From contig OX597839.1 in NCBI GenBank assembly GCA_951406725.2, positions 12,958,001-13,022,000 of the forward strand: a stretch of DNA of 64,000 nucleotides, in the 5' to 3' direction. Each line of letters starts with the position of its first letter. Within the stretch, counting starts at the first letter, position 1. The DNA is from Octopus vulgaris (lineage: Eukaryota). The translations under genes were made by a program, and so were the position numbers. The notes beneath the pieces are model-generated. The model had not been told where the DNA came from and did no database searches. It worked only from the letters and a program-made list of their open reading frames with translations. Of this stretch, positions 53,126-64,000 are shown one piece after another.

Positions 53126-53639
53126 ACACACACACACACACAAATGCACACACACACACACACACGTACATGCACATGCATGTGCGTGCACACACACATG
53201 TCTGCATGTGTTTGTTTGCTGATAGATAGATAGACAGACAGGCAGATAAGCAGACAGACACACAGAAAGAAACAGAGAGAGAGAGAGAGAGAGAGAGAAA
53301 ATAGAGAGAGAGATTGATAGATAGACACACAGACAGACAGATAGATAAATGAAATATAAGACAATTATGACCTCTGTAAATTTCACTTTATATATATACA
53401 TATGTTTGTGTTTGTATGTATATGTATATATATATATATGTATATTCTTTTGACTGCGGCCATGCTGGAGCGCTGCCTTTAGTCAAGCAAATCAACCCCA
53501 GGACTAATTCTTTGTAAGCCTAGTACTTATTCTATCGCCCTCTTTTGCTGAACTGCTAACTTAAGTTACGGGGATGTAAATACACTAGTTGTCAAGTAAT
53601 GTTGAGGAACAAACACTGACACACAAACATATACATACA

Positions 53640-53829
<190 letters not shown>

Positions 53830-54415
53830 ATGTATATTTATATATATATATATATATATATATAAATATGACGGGCTCCTTTCAGTTTCTGTCTATCAAA
53901 TCCACTCACAGGCTTTGGTTGGCCCAAGCCTATAGTAGAAGGCACTTGCCCAAGGTGCTACGCAGTGGGACTGAACCCAAAACCATGTGGTTGGTAAGCT
54001 ACTTACCACAAAGCCACTCATGCGGCTATGTATATATATATATATATTATATTCTTTTACATTTTCTCTTTTACTTGCTTCAGTCATTTGATTGTAGCCA
54101 TGCTGGAGCACTGCCTTTAGTCGACCAAATCGACCCCAGGACTGTTAAGTTGCAGTGACATAAACACACTAACATTGGTTGTCAGGCGATGGTGGGGGGA
54201 CAAACACAGTCATACAAATACATACATATATGTATAAATATACATATATATATGATGGGCTTCTTTCAGTTTCCATATACCAAATACACTCACAGGACTT
54301 TGGTTGACTTGAGGCTATAGTAGAAGATACTTGCCCAAGGTGCTATGCAGTAGGACTGAACCCAGAACCATGTGTTTGGGAAGCAAACTTCTTACCACAC
54401 AGCCATTCCTGCACT

Positions 54416-54451
<36 letters not shown>

Positions 54452-54480
54452 TACATATATATATATGTGTGTGTGTGTGA

Positions 54481-54509
<29 letters not shown>

Positions 54510-54552
<43 letters not shown>

Positions 54553-54589
54553 GTAGATAGGTAGATAGATAGATAGATAGGTAGATAGG

Positions 54590-54664
<75 letters not shown>

Positions 54665-54665
54665 G

Positions 54666-54708
<43 letters not shown>

Positions 54709-54749
54709 GTAGATAGGTAGATAGATAGATAGATAGATAGGTAGATAGG

Positions 54750-54812
<63 letters not shown>

Positions 54813-54856
54813 GTAGATAGGTAGATAGATAGATAGATAGATAGATAGGTAGGTAG
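54510..54856. repeat. (TAGA)n microsatellite
   Basis: Directly visible, with periodic TAGG variants. Confidence 0.95.
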
Positions 54857-55587
54857 TGCAATAAATGGACAATCAGATGAACAGGTAGATACGTAGGTAA
54901 GGCAAACTGAAATAAACAGTGTTTGTGTAAATGGATATGAAGGTAGACATACAGATAGCTAGACAGAAAAATAGATTGATAAACCGACACAAAGAAACAT
55001 AAATTGCTAGCAGGCTAGTTTAGTAGATAGATATGAAGATAGACAGATGGGCATCCAACAGAATTAAACAAGAAGGCAAGATTAATCATAATATCTTAAG
55101 AAATCTTTAGTTTATGTTGTTATTTGTTGTCGTTAGAAAACTATTAAACCAAACTTACCTGGCTATAGTGAAATCCTCATATATGTATTTATGTATCTGT
55201 ACCTACATATATACATACCTATTTGTATTCATGTCTCCCTGTATATGTGTGTGTATATATATATGTGTGTGTGGGTGAGTGAGTGTGTAGATAAATATAT
55301 ATATATATATATGTATGTATATATGTATAGAGAGAGATATATGTATTATAATAGGTGTGTATGTACGTCACGGATACACGTCTTAGATATTTACTTCCCT
55401 CCACCTCTCCCTCTTCTCTCACTCTGTCCTCCTCTCTTTCTCTCTTTTTTTCCCCTCTGTATGTGTGTATGCGTGTGACTATAACACATTCTCTGCCTGA
55501 ACAAAGCAGAGAGAGAGAGAGAGAGAGAGAGAGACAACAGCAGCAGCTGGAGTAGTGGCTATCACATACACACACACATTCATGCAT

Positions 55588-55635
<48 letters not shown>

Positions 55636-56108
55636 AAAAACACATACGCATACACACACCCCTAACTACCTGAGAGTTGTCTGAAGCAACAGTTTGTGTT
55701 GGTGTGTGTTAGGGTATGTGTGTGTGTGTGTGCGCGTGCATGTGTTTGTCCGTGTGTGTGTGTGTGTATATTTATGCTAGATTTTATGTCAGTCTTTTTT
55801 ATGCCCACATATACACATATATATATATATGTTTGTGTGTATATGTGTGTGTGTGTGTCTGGCTTTCACTACCAGCTGGTTCACATCCTTGTGGCTTTTC
55901 CAGTGGCATTGGCTGTGGTGGTGATGGTGGTGTTGGTGGGAGTAATGGCGGGTAGTGGTAGTGGTGGTGGTGGTGGTAACAGTTCATAGTAAAAGTAAAA
56001 CTTGCAGGAACTTTTGTAAAATGATCAACTACAAACACACATGCACACCTGTATGTGCATGTGCCTGTGTTTGTGTGTATTTATATACCTTTATATGTGT
56101 GTGTGTAT

Positions 56109-56141
<33 letters not shown>

Positions 56142-56164
56142 GTATATTTATATATGTATATATG

Positions 56165-56217
<53 letters not shown>

Positions 56218-56226
56218 GTGTATATA

Positions 56227-56259
<33 letters not shown>

Positions 56260-56310
56260 GTCTGCTGAGGTGATTTGAAAACACAACACCTAATAACCTA
56301 ACGGTATATC

Positions 56311-56404
56311 TTTTCTACCCGTCTGATGAGATTTTACCTAATACAATGATTTAATATCTGTAATTTAATCTTTTGGGTTAAATTGAAACAGCTGTAGGAG
56401 AAAA
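56311..56404 (+). ncRNA. Type I hammerhead ribozyme, canonical core
   Basis: CUGAUGA at 56323-56329, stem II gauuuuaccuaa/uuggguuaaauu, GAAA, ACAGCUGU palindrome and GUA site. Stem I is imperfect. Confidence 0.6.
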
Positions 56405-56758
56405 TGTTGTATTTTCACAGATAATAAATTATATTAATGCTACATCTCCATTTTCTAAATTTTCCTTTTATACACACACACACACATATATATGCATGCA
56501 TGTATGTATGTATGTATGTATGTATGTATGTATATAGGTGCAGGATTGGCTGTGTGATAAGTAGCTTGCTTACCAACCACATGGTTCTGGGTTCAGTCCC
56601 ACTGCGTAGCACCTTGGACAAGTGTCTTCTACTATAGCCTCGGGCCGACCAAAGCCTTGTGAGTGGATTTAGTAGACAGAAACTGAAAGAAGCCCATCGT
56701 ATATATATGTATATCAACCCATGCTAGCATGGGGAATGGACGTTAAACAATGATGATG

Positions 56759-56790
<32 letters not shown>

Positions 56791-57400
56791 TTATGTTTGT
56801 GTGTCTGTGTTTGTCCCCACAGGATCGCTTGATAATCAATGCTGGTGTTTACGTCCTCGTAACTTAGTGGTTCAGCAAAAGAGACCGATAGTACTAGGCT
56901 TACAAAGAATAAGTCCTGGGGTCGATTTGCTCAACTAAAGGCAGTGCTCCAGCTTGGCTGCAGTCAAATGACTGAAACAAGTAAAAGAATAAAAGAATAT
57001 ATATATGTATGCAAACACCAAGCAGTGGTGGGGACAAACACATTAGTATATGCATATGTGTGTGTGTATGTTGTATATACATACATACATGCATACATAT
57101 ATATATGTATATTTATATATATATATACATATATATATGTACATATATATATATATATACATACACAATAGGCTTCCTTTAATTTCCATCTACCAAATCC
57201 ACGAACAAGGCTTTGGTCAGCCCAGAGCTATAGTAGAAAACACTCACCCATGCAGTGGGACTAAATCTGGAACCAAATGGTTAGGAAGTAAGCATCTTAA
57301 CCAACACCCATGCCAGTACCTATATATACATGACCGCGTGTGTACCGTTGGCGATTTTTTTTCCTCTGTCTTCCCTTCTCTGGATCTTTCCTTCTCCTAT

Positions 57401-57435
57401 GTTTCCGATGAAGAGCTCCACTCGAAACGTTAAAC
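57401..57435 (+). ncRNA. Minimal hammerhead-like motif (U4C, +1A)
   Basis: guuu CCGAUGA A GAG cucca CUC GAAA CG U U aaac; sister of 52684-52718. Confidence 0.55.
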
Positions 57436-57721
57436 CCTCCGTCTTCCCTTCCTTCCTGAGCATCCAATAATACTATATTTGTTCTATGTCCTCACGTTGT
57501 TGTGTTTTCTCTTTGTGTTTCCATGTTTCGATTAACTTTATATATAGATATATATATATATATATTTTGTGAAATAGAAAGATGAATAATCTTGTTGCAG
57601 ATTAATCAAAAGTTTAACCGATACCTTGGTAGCAAAAATCACAGCAGAAGACAGCACGGTTGGAGGTACAACCATATGGTGTTGCAACCTTGTGTTGGTG
57701 TGGATAATTGAATTTTAATAT

Positions 57722-58198
57722 TATTAGTGAATTGAAGAAATGGAGTTGAACGAAGATGGAACAGAAATCGTTTTATTGCATTCTACACGTGTTTCGAAAG
57801 GCACAATTTACCAAATTCCGATTGAATAATGAGACCATATTGTGTCTTTCTCTTCAGGAAGAAATAGGAAATCCGTTGGAAAAAACAAAAACAGAACAGA
57901 GGCGGAGCAAAACAAATCGAACGAGGCTCCTAAGAGCCCATGGCCAAAGAGTTTGGCCAAAGAGTTTGGCCAAAGAGTTTGGCCATGGGCTCTTAGGAGC
58001 CTCGTTCGATTTGTTTTGCTCCGCCTCTGTTCTGTTTTTGTTTTTTCCAACGGATTTCCTATTTCTTCCTGAAGAGAAAGACACAATATGGTCTCATTAT
58101 TCAATCAGAATTTGGTAAATTGTGCCTTTCGAAACACATGTAGAATGCAATAAAATGATTTCTGTTCAATCTTCGTTCAACTCCATTTCTTCAATTCA

Positions 58199-58204
<6 letters not shown>
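57722..58204. repeat. Head-to-head palindrome with ~225-bp arms and a 3x13-bp centre
   Basis: Arms are reverse complements; centre is (tggccaaagagtt)x3. This explains the mirror ORFs 57842+/57854- in the track. Confidence 0.95.
57774..57866 (-). ncRNA. Type I hammerhead ribozyme
   Basis: uuc CUGAAGA gaaagacacaau...auugugccuuuc GAAA cacgug UA gaa, with palindromic ACACGUGU. Mirror copy on + at 58060-58152 has cacaug. Confidence 0.7.
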
Positions 58205-58271
<67 letters not shown>

Positions 58272-59051
58272 GTTTATATGTGTATGTATGTATGCATATA
58301 TCTATATATTCTTTTACTTGCTTCAGTCATTTGACTGTGGCCATGATGGAGCACTGCCTTTAGCCGAACAAATCAACTCCAGGTCTTATTATTTGTAAGC
58401 CTAGTACTTTATCAGTCTCTTTTGCTGAACTGCTAAGTGACGGGGACGTAAACACACCAACATCAGTTGTCAGCCAATGGTGTAGGCACAAATACATATA
58501 TATATATATAGATATATATATATATATGACAGGCTTCTTTCAGTCTCTGTCAACCAAATCCGCTCACAAGGCTTTGGTTGGCCCAAGGCTATAGTAGAAG
58601 ACACTTGCCCAAGGTGCCATGCAGGGGGAATCAACCTGGAACCATGTGGTTGGTAAGCATGCTTCTTACCACACAGCCACTCCTGCGCCTGTACACACAT
58701 ACATAATCCTCATTTCACTTTGGGTAGATATACTTGATATATATGTATATATATATATATATATATGTACGTATGTATGTATGTATGTATGTATGTATAT
58801 ATATGTGTGTATATATATATATATACATAATAGGAATTGTTTATTCTCTATTTTTGGCTCTATATTTCACCACATCTTGTGTTCATTTGTCATCACCTTC
58901 CTGATCTACAGCACTATAAGATCAGTCTTCACCAAGTCTTCGTCACTTTCTGTACATTTATGTAAATACACGCTCACACATGCACTTAAACATGCACATC
59001 CATACATTTACTCACTCACACGAATACAAAAACATGCACTCATATATATAT

Positions 59052-59294
59052 ATACAAGGTAGCGCGGGGGGGGGGGGGCTGGAAACTTGCTGGCATTTGG
59101 TAAAAGAAAATGCAGGAGGATCAGTTAATTATGATTTTTATTTAACATATTCGATATTCCCTTCTCAGATTCACGCACTTATTGCAGCGGTCCTCCGGGT
59201 TTTCTAAGCCCTGTAGTAGAACTTGGATGGCTGGGCCTCCAACCAGATCTTTTGTGATACCCTTAAAACCAGGAACTTTTCAGCACCCACTTGT
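59052..59294. mobile_element. Mariner-type MITE, degenerate
   Basis: Right end ggaacttttcagcaccc matches the gggtgctgaaaag TIR motif, also seen at about 35525. Confidence 0.5.
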
Positions 59295-59306
59295 GTGTGT
59301 GTATGC

Positions 59307-59345
<39 letters not shown>

Positions 59346-60204
59346 TTAGAGAGTTTCTATTTTGGATATATTTGGGGTACTTAATTGTGCTCATGACTTG
59401 GTGTTCACTTCTTCCATGGGTATAAATAAGTATTTCACTTATTTCTTTGCCGCATTTGTCACTAATGAAGGGAAGGTTCTTATGAAATAACTCTGAAATC
59501 GGGTCTGATATGGTAATAACGGGATTTTTTTAGAAATTTCTATTGGCTTTCTTCGAAACACGTGCTTGTAGTGATAAATTAAATGGTTATTGACGTTATG
59601 TCTATTTTCGGCATATTTTGGCATTAGAAATTTTTTCTTTTGCCCTTAATTTAACCTTTAAAGGTATTTTTTAATATGCTGGCCATTGATAAAATTTTTT
59701 TTAGAAAAATTTTAGCCTACATTAGATGTTATATATATATATATATATATATACATGTCTAGTGGTTTCACTTTGGTTTGAAATCTTTTATCCACCCCCC
59801 CTTCTGGGGTGAAACCTGTTTTTCTGAATAATTGAGCCATCCATCTAAACAGACATAATACAAGCCTACCATACATACATACACACACATATACACTCAT
59901 ACATATATATTCTTTTACTTGTCTCATTCATTTGACTGTGGTCATGCTGGAGCACCCCCTTAAAGGATTTTAATCGAAGAAATCAACCCCAGGACTTATT
60001 CTTTGTAAGCTTAGTACTTATTCTGTTGGCCTCTTTTGCCGAATTGCTAAGTTAAGGGGTCATAAACATACCAGCATCAGTTCTCAAGCGATGGCAGATA
60101 GAGAAATAAACATAGACACACATACACATAAATATATACATACATACACACACACACACACACACGCACACACACACACACATATATATATATATACATA
60201 CACC

Positions 60205-60266
<62 letters not shown>

Positions 60267-60643
60267 CTTACATACATACATATATATATGACTACTACAA
60301 AATTTAGGCCATGACCGACAGAGGATATTCTTAAAGCTGAAAATTTCAAATTTGAGACAACATTTACATATCACCTGAGGAAACACAACTAGCTCTCATA
60401 ATGTTGGGAAACAGCTGTATCATCAAGTACCTTTACTCCTGGAGAATTGCGTTGCATGGAAACAATTGTAGTGATTAAAAAACAAATGTCCAACCATACT
60501 CCTTCTTATTGACTCCAATTTTTTCAATTATCTGTTCAAACACGACAGATGCCCAAACACAAACCTGGAAGTACATATAATACTACTACTGAATAGCACA
60601 GGGAAAATCTGAAGGTGGATGTCCTTCATACTGTACTCTACTA

Positions 60644-60940
60644 CAGTACTTCTCAAACTATGTGATGTGGTGTACCAGCAGTTTTTTTTCCAATGTGCCA
60701 GGGACTGGTAATATTTCGTAGTAATATTAATTTATACTGGAAACAATATATATAATGAATATAATAAAAGTTGACAATTTTTTTCTTCTTTTTATTTTGT
60801 AAACAAATGATACAATATTACATAAGCATTTTATAAACATTTTATAATGTTTCTTTCTTTTCTGGAAACTCACTGCGTACTGGTAGCTGACGGCTCATTG
60901 ACCGGTGCTGGTCCACAGACCACCACTTTCTGTAGCACTG
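60644..60940 (+). mobile_element. hAT-type MITE
   Basis: cagtacttctcaaa ... tttctgtagcactg TIRs with a perfect 8-bp TSD ctctacta. Confidence 0.85.
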
Positions 60941-60969
60941 CTCTACTATGTTCTTAACAAAATATACTA

Positions 60970-61005
<36 letters not shown>

Positions 61006-62159
61006 AATATGTAAAGGTAAGACCCAAGGAGCAAGGCGTAGGAAGTTAGTAAGCTTTGAGCAGAATGTAGAAGGTATAAACAACAACTTTCAGTGGTTTG
61101 TTGACATAGAGTGGGTGTGTGGTAAGTAGCTTGCTTACTAACCACATGGTTCTGGGTTCAGTCCCACCACGTCGCACCTATGGCAAGTGTCTTCTACTAT
61201 AGCATCGGGCCGACCAAAGCCTTGTGAGCGGATTTGGTAGACGGAAACTGAAAGAAGCCCGTTGTATATATATATGTATGTATGTATATGTTTGTGTGTC
61301 TGTGTTTGTGCCCCAACATCACTTGACAACCGATGCTAGTGTGTTTACGTCCCTGTCACTTAGTGGTTCAGCAAGAGAGACCGATAGAATAAGTAGGAGG
61401 CTTACAAAGAATAAGTCCTGGGGTCGATTTGCTTGACTAAAGGTGGTGCTCCAGCCTGGCCACAGTCAAATGACTGAAACAAATCAAAGAATAAAAGAAT
61501 TATAGTTCATGGTGAGCAACTGCAGTTGCTGTGTATGCGAATAAAATCCATTCCCTACATTTGTGTGTATATATATATATAAAAATGTGGAAGCGCAATG
61601 GCCCAGTGGTTAGGGCAGTGGACTCGTGGTCGTAGGATCGTGGTTTCGATTCCCAGACCAGGCGTTGTGAGTGTTTATTGAGCGAAAACACCTAAAAGCT
61701 CCACGAGGCTCCGGCAGGTGGTGGTGATCCCTGCTGTACTCTTTCACCACTCTTTCTCTCACTCTTTCTTCTGTTGGCCTACTCGCTTAGCCAGCGGGGT
61801 GGCATCATTCGAAGGCTAAAACAATGCGAAGAGCATTGTGACTAGCGATGTGTAGCAACATCTGATGGTCTGGTCGGTCTCATGATCTCGTGATATATAT
61901 GCAATGGGTTTTGTCAGTTTCCATCTACCAAATCCACTCACAAGATTTTGGTTAGTCAAAGGCTGTAATAGAAGACACTTCCCTAAGGTGCTACACAGTG
62001 GGAATGAACCCAAAACCATGTGGTTTTGAAGCAAACGTCTTACTACATAGCCACGCCTGTGCATGAAAAATATCTTTGTGTTAGTCTTTTATGCTTTTTC
62101 TTGTTTGTTTTCTTTTTGGACTCTACTATTTCTCTACAACTTTTGTTTATCATTTTTTG

Positions 62160-63400
<1,241 letters not shown>

Positions 63401-63712
63401 ATAAATATCAACAATATATTAAGCAGAAAGTTCAAATTTTGTAGCACTGACTTTTGCATTCCCAATCGTCATTCAATAGTCCAGCCCTCCACCCCATCCC
63501 ATCGCCATAACTTTCCGCACACATTTTTGTATACCGCAAAATAAGGTGCACGGTAAATAACCAGTGTTTAGAACTCCAACTCCATGTGTTCCTTTGTAAT
63601 GTGAAAGAGAATAAAGTAATATATATATGTATATATGTATGTATATATACACACAAAAATATATCGTATCATACATGCATACTTTATATATATTGAATAT
63701 ATAAATATGTAC

Positions 63713-63805
<93 letters not shown>

Positions 63806-64000
63806 CATACACATATATACACAAAAATATACCTTATCATACATATATACTTTATATATATTGAATATATAAATATGTACATATATACACACACACATAT
63901 ACATTTATATATACATCTACATATATGTATGTTTGTGTGTATACATACATACCCTCACACAAAAGTGAACAGGTAAAACAAGAGTTAATCTTAACAATAG

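Noticed and set aside
57756-58118. Mirror-image ORFs on both strands
   Set aside because: Consequence of the palindrome; no protein similarity recognised.
60370-60425. CTGAGGA...GAAA-CAGCTG-TA hammerhead-like string
   Set aside because: Stem I cannot pair and stem II is out of register; at best a highly decayed copy.

Overview
AT-rich, repeat-saturated eukaryotic DNA with no protein-coding host gene I can support. Nearly all ORFs in the track are translations of (TA)n/(CA)n/(TACA)n microsatellites or SINEs. The repeat repertoire strongly suggests an octopus genome (inference from recognised repeat types): several tRNA-headed SINE families, RTE tails ending in (GAT)n, CR1 and RLE-type LINE remnants, mariner remnants, TTAA and hAT MITEs, and two Helitron-type elements. 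The main discovery is a dense set of short non-coding elements, almost all in (TA)n tracts, carrying Penelope-type minimal type I hammerhead ribozyme (HHR) folds with palindromic stem III. There are about 15 motif copies from roughly 9-10 sequence families. Several are head-to-head palindromes up to ~650 bp. Several show non-canonical cores (G3-C8 and U3-A8 covariation, U4C, A6U, one extra purine after A9), and one is fused to a tRNA-like Pol III head. Other points: SINE-B inserted twice at the same nucleotide of SINE-A, a 126-bp tandem repeat, a telomere-like tract and a near-identical 1.28-kb duplication. Coordinates were read by eye and boundaries are approximate. Family names A/B/C/E/F are my own labels.
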